Assembly: GCA_048940445.1 (NCBI GenBank)
Contig: JBHLON010000007.1
Span: forward strand, 28,663-92,662
Direction: 5' to 3'
DNA from: Promethearchaeota archaeon
GTDB lineage: Archaea; Asgardarchaeota; Lokiarchaeia; Sigyniarchaeales; SOKP01
Length of the DNA: 64,000 nt
In this document: one piece after another, positions 9,958 through 21,374 of the stretch
Layout: the number at the start of each line of letters is the position of its first letter
How positions within the stretch are numbered: the stretch's first letter is position 1
Position numbers and translations under genes: made by a program
The notes under the pieces: model-generated
What the model saw: only the letters and a program-made list of their open reading frames with translations
Database searches by the model: none
What the model was told of the DNA's origin: nothing

Positions 9958-11631
9958 TTGAGAGTGATTTTCATGATTAAAAATCCTAAAATCAAAAAAT
10001 ATTTTCTGTTTATTTTTATAATATTACCATTAATTTTGCTAAATCCATTTATTCTCCAATTTAACTCTATTCAAGTAAGAGATTATAATCCTAAAAAGGA
10101 AGGTGTAAAAAGTTCTTATGTTGTATCCCATAGTGGTTCATGGTTAAAAAACTCAAATTTTGATACTACTATTGTTCCATGGTTTCCAAGTATAAGCGGT
10201 GATTCCTCAGATGTGAATGCTTCCTACTCTCCTGGTCAGGCAAATTTGGAAATTACTGGTGATCAAAGAACTTTTTCTGAAATTTCTGGAACACCTACTG
10301 AAACAGACTGGCATAATGTTACTAATCCACTTTTTCCGGCATTACCCGATAATTACGGAATTGATAGCTATGGCTGTTGGGCAAATCATACATGGATTGA
10401 TCCAACAGATCCTAATCAATCTCCTAGTATTCATTGGGAAAGAAATGTTACTATGCCAGTAAATATGGCTGATTATGAGATAACTTCCGCTTCAATTTCA
10501 GCGGTTTATAACGCAACAGTCACAGCCTATCCAGGAGGAGCAGGATCTCCAAGTAATAATTATGGTGTAGAGGTGCCTGGTGATCAAGTAGGTTCTAATA
10601 CTCAATATCAAAGGGATTATGATAATGTAAGATTTTATGTTTTAGTCTCTGATTTAGAGAATAATGAAAGCTATGAAATAGCATGGTATCAATCTATTGA
10701 TTTGGGAAAAGATTCAGCAGGTGCTTATGATAGTATTGCGGATTCATTTATGAATACGGTTGTTAATCAAACCTTGATTTATTATTTGAGTTCTCTATTT
10801 GAACGTGATAATTTTCACTTTAAAATAACACTTGGGATAAGAATTAAATGTGTTGATAATTGGACTTATGATCGCGATCGCTGGGACTCTCTTCGGATTA
10901 AATCATGTAATTTAAGTTTCACTTATGAAAAAAAAATTGATAAATTTACTACTGTCTCATGGAATCAAATTGGGAATCAAATTACTGGAGATAACGTTTA
11001 TATAACAGGAGCTAACCTAACTTTTAAATATAAAATTGATCAACCTTGGCCTGAAATTCTTTCACCAAATTCTGAGCTTATTGTTTTGATAAACAATAAT
11101 TCACACAGTGAAACAATTAATTTAAATTTGGCAACCACAACCTTTCAGGAAGCGAAAACAGAAGGTTTTGATGTGGAATATCTAATCCTGAAAGATGTAA
11201 ATATCTCTCTTTCTATAGAGCTTTATTTAGCTGACGATTTTTTGTTGAATCGAACAATTACGGTCTCTTTAGATGATGTATTCCTTGAGATCAGTTATAT
11301 CACCGTGTATCGTGAATTTTTATCTGAACCCGAAATATTTCGGTTATTATTAATATTAGCATTAGTAGCTGCTGCCGCTGTGGGAACTTACTTTATATTA
11401 TATCAACGAATATTAAAGTATCCTTTAGCTGTTAGAAAAGTAAGAAGATATAGGAGCTCTCTAAATAAAGCAGAGGCTCCCAGTTCCTCCATAGCGGATT
11501 CCGGATCATCATTTAATAAGATTTACAACAATGAGTTAAATAAGTCATCAAAATATTTGAAATTAAAAACCTCCGGAGAAATAAATAAATCAAATATGAT
11601 AAGAAAAGAAGGAGGAGAGGGTTTAAAATGA
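9958..11631 (+). CDS. Secreted, C-terminally anchored surface glycoprotein, family A (copy 1)
   Basis: N-terminal signal/TM, beta-rich domain with many N-X-S/T sequons, C-terminal TM plus basic tail KYPLAVRKVRRYR. Likely start is ATG 9973. Confidence 0.75.
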   Translation: MRVIFMIKNPKIKKYFLFIFIILPLILLNPFILQFNSIQVRDYNPKKEGVKSSYVVSHSGSWLKNSNFDTTIVPWFPSISGDSSDVNASYSPGQANLEITGDQRTFSEISGTPTETDWHNVTNPLFPALPDNYGIDSYGCWANHTWIDPTDPNQSPSIHWERNVTMPVNMADYEITSASISAVYNATVTAYPGGAGSPSNNYGVEVPGDQVGSNTQYQRDYDNVRFYVLVSDLENNESYEIAWYQSIDLGKDSAGAYDSIADSFMNTVVNQTLIYYLSSLFERDNFHFKITLGIRIKCVDNWTYDRDRWDSLRIKSCNLSFTYEKKIDKFTTVSWNQIGNQITGDNVYITGANLTFKYKIDQPWPEILSPNSELIVLINNNSHSETINLNLATTTFQEAKTEGFDVEYLILKDVNISLSIELYLADDFLLNRTITVSLDDVFLEISYITVYREFLSEPEIFRLLLILALVAAAAVGTYFILYQRILKYPLAVRKVRRYRSSLNKAEAPSSSIADSGSSFNKIYNNELNKSSKYLKLKTSGEINKSNMIRKEGGEGLK

Positions 11632-13208
11632 AAATACTATCAAGAAGAGGCAAAAAGTTTCTCTATATGTTCCTTTTTTTCACTCTAGTAGGAATTTCAA
11701 CTCTAGTCTATAACTCTCAAAATTTAGTGATATTTGACAATGAAAACTTAAATCTTCATTCTTCTGATATAGTTACAAGAACTCGAGAGTGGATAAAGAA
11801 TGCTGATTTTTCATATCCAATAGAACCATGGTATTCTCAAGCTTCAGGTGATATATCAGACACTGCCGTTGGATTTAGTCCTGGGGAGGGATATTTTAAA
11901 GTAATAGGTGAGGAGTATACATTTTCAGATATTTCAGGAACGCCATTGAGTTCTAATTGGACAAGGGTTCATAATCCTGAATTTCCAGCATACCCTGATA
12001 CAGCAACAATCAATTCAGGCGGATGCTATGTCAGCCATCAATGGGCAGAATATGCTGATCAATCTCCGAGTGTAAATTGGGATAGAAACGTCAGCATGCC
12101 AATTGATATGTCAGATTACATTATCACATCGGCATCATTAACAGCAATAGTGAATGGAAGTGTTGATGTTAATGTAGAAGCTCCTGGTGATTCTGCAACA
12201 GATCACTATACATGGGATTATGCCAGATTCTACGTCCTATTATCAGATTTATCTAAAAGTAAAAAGTATGAGATTGCACATTATCAAACTGTTGATTTAG
12301 GGAAAGATGGTCCTCCAGCAATCACTCAACTAAATGATACATTGATGACAACAGTTTCAGAAAATGATTTGAAATTTTATTTAACCTCTGTTTTATCAAG
12401 TGATTTCCAGAATTTTACTATAACATTAGGAATAAGAATCTGGTGTGAAGATAATCGCCTAAGTGATCAAGATGATTGGAATTATTTATATATAAATTCA
12501 TGCTCTCTCACATTCACTTATCAAAAGAAAGTAGATCAGAGATCTAGTGCTTCTTGGAATCAGATAGGAGATAGGATTAGTGGTCAAAACGTTTCTATAG
12601 TAGATGGAAATCTTCAATTTAAATATAAGATTGATCAATTATGGCCCATGGAATTATCTACAAACTCTAGATTAAATATTTTAATCAATAATAACACTTT
12701 ATTAGAAAATATTAAATTAATTACTGCAACTTCAACATTTCAAGATGCTAAGGCTGGAGGTTTTGATGTAACGAGATTAATTCTAAAGGATGTCAATATC
12801 TCATTAAGTATAGAGCTCTTTTTAGGTGACACGTTTCCATTAGATCATAATTTTACAATATCCATAACGGATGTATATTTAAGAATAATTTATACTGAAT
12901 TTGTTCCAGAACGTGAAGAACAGCCTTGGTTCTTTGCAGGTTTGTTTATAATATCTGCGATCGCAGCAGCAGTATTGACTGGATTATTAATAGCATATGC
13001 AAAGGTATGGAGATTCCCTATTCCAATTAGAAAGATACGAAAACATAAAAAAGCATTAACCGATGAAAAAGCTCCCGATGTTAAAATTATAAGTCGTGAG
13101 GCTGCTTTCAAGAGAAATTACTCTGGAGAAATGGACAAAACAACTAAAATTCTTAAAGGGCCCCCTCTCAATGGAAAAATTGAAAAGGAAAAGTTATTTA
13201 GAAAATAA
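11628..13208 (+). CDS. Secreted, C-terminally anchored surface glycoprotein, family A (copy 2)
   Basis: Paralogue of the previous gene (WIKNADF, ISGTP, QSPSVNWDRNVSMP, ITLGIRIWCEDN, FKYKIDQLWP); ATGA overlap with the upstream stop. Confidence 0.75.
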   Translation: MKILSRRGKKFLYMFLFFTLVGISTLVYNSQNLVIFDNENLNLHSSDIVTRTREWIKNADFSYPIEPWYSQASGDISDTAVGFSPGEGYFKVIGEEYTFSDISGTPLSSNWTRVHNPEFPAYPDTATINSGGCYVSHQWAEYADQSPSVNWDRNVSMPIDMSDYIITSASLTAIVNGSVDVNVEAPGDSATDHYTWDYARFYVLLSDLSKSKKYEIAHYQTVDLGKDGPPAITQLNDTLMTTVSENDLKFYLTSVLSSDFQNFTITLGIRIWCEDNRLSDQDDWNYLYINSCSLTFTYQKKVDQRSSASWNQIGDRISGQNVSIVDGNLQFKYKIDQLWPMELSTNSRLNILINNNTLLENIKLITATSTFQDAKAGGFDVTRLILKDVNISLSIELFLGDTFPLDHNFTISITDVYLRIIYTEFVPEREEQPWFFAGLFIISAIAAAVLTGLLIAYAKVWRFPIPIRKIRKHKKALTDEKAPDVKIISREAAFKRNYSGEMDKTTKILKGPPLNGKIEKEKLFRK

Positions 13209-13409
13209 ACAATAAACTGTAGAAAGAGTAAAAATCCATAATTAACTTTAATTTTTTCTTTAAAGCTAATAATTATAAAATATCTTTAACATTTTTCTTC
13301 AATCATCAAAATTTAATATAATATTGTAATTCGCTAAAAAAAATTTAAATCAAAAGTTCCTATAATATTATATTTAAATAATACGAAAAAATTAGGAAAG
13401 GGTTGAAAT

Positions 13410-16400
13410 ATGAAATTGATAACTTTTTTCATAAAAAAAAGAAAAATTCGAAGAATTATGGCATTGTTCTTAATGATAGGGATTTTTATCTCCTTAAATG
13501 TCGGAACGAATATTAATAACAACTCTTTAAGAAATCAAATTCAGAATAAAGTTGATCAAGATTATTTGAATACACAAGATTTAGATCCATCAAATACATT
13601 CACAGGTATAGGAGAAGCATGGAATATTACTCATTGGGCAAATCGAACGGACACAGGGTTAGCAGTTAATTTTGCCGAGGGCGAAAATGCTATATTAAAA
13701 TTTCCATTATATTCAGAATGGGAAGGATACAAGCTTGATGCAAATATTTTAAATTTCTATGATACAAGAAATTGGAATAATGGAACTCTTAATTATGGTA
13801 CTGATAATGGTTATAGTACAGGAGCAAATGATTCTATGTGGATTCAAAATACGTTTCAAAATTGGACTTTTAATCAAAATGTAGTCGGACAAGGAAATGT
13901 AATGTCGGGAAATTATATCGATAATACAGAAATCTCCCCTAATTCGTTATCTCATGACTGTCTGGAATTAAGAATGGCGGGAAATCCTTATACTGGTAGT
14001 GGTGGTCAACGATATTGGTATGATAATGGGGATGGATGCTGGTGGGATACAATGTTCTATATTCCAAGAGGACAAGTTTTAAACAATGTTTTAAAATTCC
14101 AAATTAATCCCATCCATCTTATAAGTTTTAATTCATGGGAATTAAGAATTTATATTAACAATATTCGTGTATTCAGCCTTGGAATATACACATTAAAAGG
14201 AATGGGTATAAATGAATGGCATAATTTTTCAATTCCTCAAGGAATCTGGACGAATACTACTAATGTCTTTTCATCTGGAAATTTAAACGATACAATCATA
14301 CCCTTAAGAGTAGCTCTTGAATATACTGCAACAAGTGCGGGATATGGGTTTGAAGACGGAGAAAATATTGATTACCAACAAATACTATTCGATAATGTAG
14401 AATTAGTTACAACAGCTGAAGCAAATCCTTCTGATCTAGGATTAAAATTGAATAATACTAAAATTTCAGATGAGAATTGGGGTAAAGGAAGCGTGGAGTT
14501 AAATGGAGAATGGCAGGGAGTCAATAATAATTTAGATTTATTATTTTCAACTGATGATATAAGTAAATTAGGCTCTTATAGTGTTAATTTTTTTACTGAT
14601 GTAAATCTATTTGTTTTAAAGAATTTACCAGAAAGTAATTATGAAACTAACATAGCGTCTCTTGGTACAAAAGTTATTGTTAAAAATAGTTCCTCTGTAG
14701 AATGGTCATGTTATGGGAGAGTCAGTGTACCAACTAGATATGTAGAAAATTTAATGAGTGTTGTGGTTCCTCAAGATGTAAATATAACTGCAGTATATGA
14801 TCCGCAAAATCCAAATTTAAATATCTTGAATCAATGTGATAATAGTTCGGCAGGAATACTGTTAATACCTATTAATAGCATTTCAGCTACACCAGATGGA
14901 TTTTGGAGATTTTTAGCTAAATCACCAAATTATTGCGAGGATTCAATAATATATGGCAATACTACAGGTCCTTGGGTTGAGGATTACGAATTTTTAAGTG
15001 GTGATTTTGTTAATATCACTGCCAAAATTACTAATTCACCCATAATCACGTCATATATTCAGAACACTAATGCATTGCTTAATGTTAGATTTCCAAATGG
15101 TACTATCTGGGCAGATCATACCCAGATGTCACAAGTTGATTCAAACGGTATGGTTTATTTTAACACTTTCCAGATTCCAAATAACCCACCTAATTATGAT
15201 GTAGGATTGTATGACGCAATAATAACTTGGAATAATTCATATTCTAATTTTGGATTTAATGAATCGGGGATTATTTATAAGCAATTTAAAGTTGTTCATG
15301 AATCGGTATTAATTCCCGAAGAGAAGTTTTACGAAGATAATTTTGAAAATTCAATTCTTAACCTCAAGGTAACATTCCATGACTTCATAACCAATGCTCC
15401 CATCAGAAATGCTAAATTATATACATATGACTTTATAAATCCTGGAATTAAGAGATATTTTAGTGAAACTAGTCCTGGTTATTATTTTCTTGAATTTAAT
15501 CTAAGTGGAGCTAGCTTTGGAAATAACTCTATAACGATATATGCCGAATCTGCAAATTATGAAGACAAACAAGTGGTTGTAGATATAGAGGTAATACAAA
15601 GAACTAATTTGAATGTAGATAATGATTTTCTCGATAGCGTTCAATATAAAAGTAATTTCACAATTCAAGTAGACTATATTGATAATGTAACTGGATTAGG
15701 TGTAGATCCCGGTGAACTTTATACTGATTGGGGTGGTGATAATCATTTCTCAAGAATATCTCAAGGAAAATATAATTTAATATGTAATGCATCAGGTCCC
15801 GGTTATTCTGCTGGGAATCTTTATTCATTTAACATTTATGCTAGTGCATATCAATATGAATCGCAAATGAAAACTGTTCGCGTATTTATAACGGAACTAG
15901 ATTCACAAATTGACTTAAAATTAAATAGCACGCCCACAGAACCGAATGCAGTATATATCGTTCAAGTTTGGCAACAAGTAAACATCACCATTCGATATAG
16001 AGATTCTTTTGGAAATCCTATCCATGGAGCATTAGTAAATCTTACTAGCCAAGAGTTTACAAAAGAACTAAAAGAGGATTTATTGCATAATCAGTACACA
16101 ATTTTTTTAAATGCGACTGATCTTGGACAAGGAATTGATAACTTAATAGTAACAGCTGAAAAGGTAAATTATAAACCTAATTCAATACCTTTTATTTTCG
16201 AGATTATAGAAAGGCAAACCTATTTCAATATATACATTAATGGAAATAATAAAACCAACGATCCATTCGAATCAGTGGTAGTAACATCAATGGTAAATAT
16301 AACAGTTGGTTATTATGATAACTTGAGTAAATTCATATCAGGAGCAATGGTTTCTTTATCGGGTGATTATATAGGTACTCTGAATGAAAGTACTACTTTT

Positions 16401-17159
16401 CATCAATATACCATCATTATCAATACAGAAGATTTAAGTATTGGTCTTAGGCAACTCAAACTTACTGCAATTCGACCTAATTATGAATTGCAATCTAAGG
16501 TTATTAGAATACAAGTTCAAAGAATCACAGCACAAATAAATACTACTTCAGGATCACCAATCATTATTGCTAGTCCCGGTGAAAGTGTTAAGTTAGAAGT
16601 CATTCTTAATAATGTAGATTTTAGCACACCAATAGTAGGAGCATCGGTAAACTATAGTTGGGCTTTTGGAAATGGTGTTTTTACGGATCTAAACAATGGA
16701 ATCTATGAAGCCGTTTTACCAAACGTTAACGAAGGTACTTACACAATTGTTGTCTCTGCCTATTTTGGAGATAATTATGAGTTTCATAGTTTTGAAATAA
16801 CCTTAACAGTAATACAAGCTCCAGGAGAATTATGGATTGTCTCATTTGCTTTAATTTGTACTGCTATTGCTGCCGCTGCATTAATAGGTTATCTTATCCT
16901 TTATATGAAAGTCTTGAAATATCCTAAACCTGTTAGGAAAGTCAGAAAGTATCGCCGTACATTAATGAGCAAAAAGCATCCAAGGAAAGCAATTGAATCA
17001 AGAGAAAGTTCAATTAAATCTATATATGAAAACCAGATTTCTGACTCAAAAAAATATCTTAAAGGAAAGCCGAGTGGTGAGCAAATGAGCATTGATAAAC
17101 TGATCAAGAAAAATCCAGAAGATGAATATCCTAAAAGCACTGGAGGTGAAATGGAATGA
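13410..17159 (+). CDS. Large surface glycoprotein, family B (copy 1), with Ig-like beta-sandwich repeats
   Basis: Signal/TM, NITHWANRTD, HDCLELRM, repeated 'VNITxxYxD...I.GA.V...QYTI.lN..dL' units, C-terminal TM plus KYPKPVRKVRKYR tail. Confidence 0.75.
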   Translation: MKLITFFIKKRKIRRIMALFLMIGIFISLNVGTNINNNSLRNQIQNKVDQDYLNTQDLDPSNTFTGIGEAWNITHWANRTDTGLAVNFAEGENAILKFPLYSEWEGYKLDANILNFYDTRNWNNGTLNYGTDNGYSTGANDSMWIQNTFQNWTFNQNVVGQGNVMSGNYIDNTEISPNSLSHDCLELRMAGNPYTGSGGQRYWYDNGDGCWWDTMFYIPRGQVLNNVLKFQINPIHLISFNSWELRIYINNIRVFSLGIYTLKGMGINEWHNFSIPQGIWTNTTNVFSSGNLNDTIIPLRVALEYTATSAGYGFEDGENIDYQQILFDNVELVTTAEANPSDLGLKLNNTKISDENWGKGSVELNGEWQGVNNNLDLLFSTDDISKLGSYSVNFFTDVNLFVLKNLPESNYETNIASLGTKVIVKNSSSVEWSCYGRVSVPTRYVENLMSVVVPQDVNITAVYDPQNPNLNILNQCDNSSAGILLIPINSISATPDGFWRFLAKSPNYCEDSIIYGNTTGPWVEDYEFLSGDFVNITAKITNSPIITSYIQNTNALLNVRFPNGTIWADHTQMSQVDSNGMVYFNTFQIPNNPPNYDVGLYDAIITWNNSYSNFGFNESGIIYKQFKVVHESVLIPEEKFYEDNFENSILNLKVTFHDFITNAPIRNAKLYTYDFINPGIKRYFSETSPGYYFLEFNLSGASFGNNSITIYAESANYEDKQVVVDIEVIQRTNLNVDNDFLDSVQYKSNFTIQVDYIDNVTGLGVDPGELYTDWGGDNHFSRISQGKYNLICNASGPGYSAGNLYSFNIYASAYQYESQMKTVRVFITELDSQIDLKLNSTPTEPNAVYIVQVWQQVNITIRYRDSFGNPIHGALVNLTSQEFTKELKEDLLHNQYTIFLNATDLGQGIDNLIVTAEKVNYKPNSIPFIFEIIERQTYFNIYINGNNKTNDPFESVVVTSMVNITVGYYDNLSKFISGAMVSLSGDYIGTLNESTTFHQYTIIINTEDLSIGLRQLKLTAIRPNYELQSKVIRIQVQRITAQINTTSGSPIIIASPGESVKLEVILNNVDFSTPIVGASVNYSWAFGNGVFTDLNNGIYEAVLPNVNEGTYTIVVSAYFGDNYEFHSFEITLTVIQAPGELWIVSFALICTAIAAAALIGYLILYMKVLKYPKPVRKVRKYRRTLMSKKHPRKAIESRESSIKSIYENQISDSKKYLKGKPSGEQMSIDKLIKKNPEDEYPKSTGGEME
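17142..17149 (+). promoter_or_regulatory. Shine-Dalgarno GGAGGTGA for 17156
   Basis: Strong anti-SD match 6 nt before the ATG. Confidence 0.6.
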
Positions 17160-20100
17160 ATTTGCAAAAGAATAGGATCACTAAAAAACAATTAAAAGTT
17201 ATTGTGCTTATACTATTAACTTTTAACCTCTCTCTCCTAAGCTATCTTGTGAATATTAATGATATAATTTCTAATAGTATTGATGTAAGAGAAAATTTAA
17301 ATCCAAAAAGTCAAGATATTTCTAATGATAACATCTATACCGGAATTGGAGCACCTCTAAACATCACTCATTGGGCTAACAGGACAGATGTAGATCTTAC
17401 AGTTAATTTCGATGAAAGTGAATGGGATACGGCAAATATTCCACTAGGAAGCGGATGGGATGCATATAAATTAAATATTGATGTGGATGGATTGAGAGAT
17501 AATCGAAATTGGATTAATGGGTCCTTTTCATATGGTATTGATGATGGAAGTGATACACCCGGTGCTGATGATACAAATTGGATAAGTAATAAGTATGAAA
17601 ATTGGACATTTGGATTTAATGACACGGGACTGGGAACTAACTTAATGAGTGGAAATTATTTGAGTAGCGTTGGAGGTCATGATTGTTTAGAGTTACGTAT
17701 GGATAGTAATGATACAGTTTTATCAGGCTGGAGTACATACGATCCAAATGATCGATTATGGTGGAATTCTTCAGTACTAATTCCAAGAGGTAAACTTCTT
17801 GACAGTGTTTTAAATTTTGAATTGTATCCAAATCACCTAGCAGGATTTAATTCTTGGGCTTATGCCATATATATTAATGATATTTGTGTGTATTCAATTG
17901 GTACATATACATTATTGCAATATGGGCAAAATATTTGGCATAGTTTCTCCATCCCGCAAGATATCTGGATAAATACTACTAATGTATTTCCAAATGGACC
18001 AATCAATAATCAATTGGTTAAACTAAGGGCAGATTTAGAATGTGTTGGAGGAGGAAATTATTCTGGATTCACTAATGAAGATTATCAGAGGTTATATTTC
18101 GATAATCTTGAACTTGTAACCCTAACTCAAGCAATGCCTTCTAATCTTGGTTTGAGTGTTAACCAAACAGTTGTTCAAGATATCGATTGGGGTAAAGGAA
18201 GAGCTATTCTTTCAGGTAATTGGCAGAATACTTTCATTACTGCAAATTTCAGTTCTAATGATGTTGGTCTTTTGGGTCCATATTCTGTGAATCTAAAAAC
18301 TGACTTAAATTTATTTGCATTAAAAGATGTCCCAGAAACTAATTATGAGACAAATACAGCATCAATAGGAACAAATTTTCAAGTAAATAACAATACCAAT
18401 GTAATTTGGGAATTCTATGGCTTTATTGCAGTTCCTACGGGTTATTCGGAATCACAAATGAAAATCGAATTTCCTAGTGATATGTCAATTACTTCAGTAT
18501 TTGCACCAGATGAACCCTCTACTAATATCCTTAATTTATGTGACGATTCAATCTCGGGTATCTTATCAATCCCAATTAATACATTAACATCTACCCCAGA
18601 TGGATTCTGGAAATTTAAGGCTGTCTCCCCTAATTATTGCGAAGAATTATCAATATATGGGAATTCAACTGGAACATGGCTACCCAATAATGAGTTTAAA
18701 GCAGGTGATTTCATAAATATTAGTGCAAAAATTACAAATTCACCTGTTATATCTTCCTATATTCAAAATACTATAGCTCAACTTCAAATAAGATTTCCAA
18801 ACGGTTCTTTATGGGCTCAAGAAATTCAACATGAAATGGTAGCCTTGAATGGATTTACTCATTTTGATCCAATAAGAATTCCCTCAAATACTCCCAATTA
18901 TGAGGTAGGAGAATATGAAGCGATTGTTTCATGGAATAATTCTTTTTCTCTTTATGGTATGAATGAAACGGGAATAATCTATAAAACATTTCGAGTAATT
19001 CATTATTCTAAGTTAACACCTGACCAAAATTATTTCGAAAATTATTTGGAAGGAACGGTATTAAATCTTAAAATTTCATTTAATGATAAAGAAAATTTTG
19101 CCGCGATTGAAAATGCAATAGTATATACATATAATTTTACACATCCGAGTATTGTGCAATATTTCAATGAAGTAAGTCCAGGATTTTATATCTTAGAATT
19201 TAATACAATAGGGGGATTAGCAGGTAATAATACGGTTACTATTTATGCAAATTCAACCAATTATGTTAATACTCAAACATCTATCACAATAGACATTATA
19301 AAGCAAACGACTCTAACCGTTGATAATGATTTTTTTACCAATGTTCCCTACAAATCCAACTTTTCTATACAATTTAATTATACTGAATATTATACAGGAG
19401 GAGGCATCGATCCAACATCGCTTTCTACAAATTGGGCTGGTGATTTTCAATTTAAACGTATTACTCAAGGGATGTACAATTTAGTATGTAATGCTTCTGG
19501 ACCGGGATATGATCCAGGAAAACTTTATACTCTCTTAATTAATGTAGCAGCAAATAATCATGTTCCTCAATCAATTCCGATAAGAGTCCTTATTAGTGAG
19601 TTAAATTCTAGAATAAAACTCTATATTAATGGCACTGAAATCTTTAATGATGAACTAATTTCAGTAGAAGTTTGGCAAGAGATTAATGTAACTGTAAAAT
19701 ATACAGATGCACATTCAAATCCTTTGAGCTTAGCATCAGTTAAGCTAAGGATTGGTGAATTTACGAGAGATATTCCAGAAATTCCTTCATTAGAGCAATA
19801 TAGTATATTAATCAATGCAACTGAATTAGGACAGGGAATTGATTATTTATCGGTTTATGCTAATAGCACTTTCTACAATCCGCAATTCATTCGAGCGATT
19901 CTTCAAATTACTGAAAGATTAACACAAATGCGTATATTCTTAAATAATGTAGAAAAAACGAGTGATCCGTTTATTAATATACCCATTGGTGAAATGCTAA
20001 ATATTACAATAAAATACCTAGATACTCAAGGACACTTCATTGATAATGCGCTTCTCTCATTGTCTGGTGACTATTCAGACAACTTAACTGAGAATCCCGG

Positions 20101-20854
20101 ATTGGAGCAATATACTATATTAATTAACTCCACTGATTTGAAAATAGGAGTAAAAATAATAACGATTTCTGCTGAAAAGTTTGACTTTCAATATAAATCA
20201 GAGGATTTGAGAATTGTTGTTAATAGAATTCAAGCCGAAATTATATCAGAACATGTTCAATATATTGTGAGACCAGGTGCAAATGTGAAATTAGAAGTAA
20301 AATTGAACAACACAGATTTTGGGGGTCTAATTTTGGGCGCTAATGTCAAATATTCAGGAGTACTTGGGACAGGAGATTTAATTGATTCTAATGGAGATGG
20401 AATATATGAAGCTGTATTAGAGAATATCCCATTAGGAACATATAAAGTCTATATTACTGCTTTTGCAGGGGATAATTATGAATTTAAGACTTTAAGTATC
20501 ACTATAACTGCAATTATTCCTGAAGCAGAGTTAACATTATATTTAATATTATTATTACTCGCAATAGGTATTACCGCAGCTATTGGAATTTATATATATC
20601 TTTATCGTAGGGTACTAAGATTCCCTAAGAAAGTTAGAACTGTAAGGAAGTATGCCAAAACTTTAAACAAAGGAAGAGCCCCAAGAGCAGAAATTAATAG
20701 TCGAGAAAAGTTAATTAAGGATGTGTATCAAGATGAAGTGGATAGAAGCACTAAAATACTAAAAAGGCGTTCAGCTATTCCCGTTGAAAAACCAGATAAA
20801 TTTATTAAAAAGTTACCTCAAGAGAAACTCGATGAAAATATCGAAACTAAATAA
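17156..20854 (+). CDS. Large surface glycoprotein, family B (copy 2)
   Basis: Colinear paralogue of 13410-17159 (TPDGFW, SPNYCE, CNASGPGY); ATGA overlap; GGAGGTGA upstream. Confidence 0.75.
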   Translation: MNLQKNRITKKQLKVIVLILLTFNLSLLSYLVNINDIISNSIDVRENLNPKSQDISNDNIYTGIGAPLNITHWANRTDVDLTVNFDESEWDTANIPLGSGWDAYKLNIDVDGLRDNRNWINGSFSYGIDDGSDTPGADDTNWISNKYENWTFGFNDTGLGTNLMSGNYLSSVGGHDCLELRMDSNDTVLSGWSTYDPNDRLWWNSSVLIPRGKLLDSVLNFELYPNHLAGFNSWAYAIYINDICVYSIGTYTLLQYGQNIWHSFSIPQDIWINTTNVFPNGPINNQLVKLRADLECVGGGNYSGFTNEDYQRLYFDNLELVTLTQAMPSNLGLSVNQTVVQDIDWGKGRAILSGNWQNTFITANFSSNDVGLLGPYSVNLKTDLNLFALKDVPETNYETNTASIGTNFQVNNNTNVIWEFYGFIAVPTGYSESQMKIEFPSDMSITSVFAPDEPSTNILNLCDDSISGILSIPINTLTSTPDGFWKFKAVSPNYCEELSIYGNSTGTWLPNNEFKAGDFINISAKITNSPVISSYIQNTIAQLQIRFPNGSLWAQEIQHEMVALNGFTHFDPIRIPSNTPNYEVGEYEAIVSWNNSFSLYGMNETGIIYKTFRVIHYSKLTPDQNYFENYLEGTVLNLKISFNDKENFAAIENAIVYTYNFTHPSIVQYFNEVSPGFYILEFNTIGGLAGNNTVTIYANSTNYVNTQTSITIDIIKQTTLTVDNDFFTNVPYKSNFSIQFNYTEYYTGGGIDPTSLSTNWAGDFQFKRITQGMYNLVCNASGPGYDPGKLYTLLINVAANNHVPQSIPIRVLISELNSRIKLYINGTEIFNDELISVEVWQEINVTVKYTDAHSNPLSLASVKLRIGEFTRDIPEIPSLEQYSILINATELGQGIDYLSVYANSTFYNPQFIRAILQITERLTQMRIFLNNVEKTSDPFINIPIGEMLNITIKYLDTQGHFIDNALLSLSGDYSDNLTENPGLEQYTILINSTDLKIGVKIITISAEKFDFQYKSEDLRIVVNRIQAEIISEHVQYIVRPGANVKLEVKLNNTDFGGLILGANVKYSGVLGTGDLIDSNGDGIYEAVLENIPLGTYKVYITAFAGDNYEFKTLSITITAIIPEAELTLYLILLLLAIGITAAIGIYIYLYRRVLRFPKKVRTVRKYAKTLNKGRAPRAEINSREKLIKDVYQDEVDRSTKILKRRSAIPVEKPDKFIKKLPQEKLDENIETK

Positions 20855-20903
20855 TAATAATTAATATTTTAATATTTATTTCTTTTTTATTCTATGAATT
20901 TAG

Positions 20904-21194
20904 AAAGATAAATCATGCTTCTTCAAGCTAACATACTCAGGAAATTTGATTGAGTTATCATCTGGTAAAGGATTAAATTATTTCAATCTATTTGACATTA
21001 TTGCTATATTTATCCCTAATCAAAAAAGAATGTATGTTTGAATTGTTAAAAAGACAACACAAAGTCTAAGAAGTCATATTCCAAGAAAACCTCAGATCTT
21101 CTTCAAAGAATACCCTGAATTAGAGATATTGCGTAATATCACAATCGAAGTTGGTTTTGAACCTACTGAATTTTTTGTTATCAAATTTGGTTAA
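20904..21194 (+). pseudogene. Degraded gelsolin-like domain gene, paralogue of the N-terminus of 24855-25901
   Basis: Not in ORF track. Reads FFKLTYSGNLIEL...FNLFDIIAIFIPNQKRMYV*IVKK...LRSHIP...YPELEILRNITIEVGFEPTEFF..* versus VFKLKYSGDLEEI...FTLFDILTFYDINQKRLYIWVSKK...LKSHIP...YPQFKVIRNIIIEQDLEPANFF. TGA at 21039-21041 replaces the conserved Trp; no in-frame ATG upstream. Confidence 0.8.
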
Positions 21195-21374
21195 TGGAGA
21201 CTATTTTTGTTTTTGAATTAATTGTAAATTCTTGATCTCTATTGAGAAAAGTATAAAACTTAAACTATAAATTATTAATATCAACATATTATCATAAAAA
21301 ATTGATTAAGGTTTTTTAATCAATATTGTATCCGAAATATTTTAATAGATAAATTAAGGAGGAGACATAATTTA

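Noticed and set aside
21039-21041. TGA as selenocysteine in the gelsolin-like relic
   Set aside because: It aligns with a conserved Trp (TGG), not Cys, and the relic also lacks a start and is truncated.
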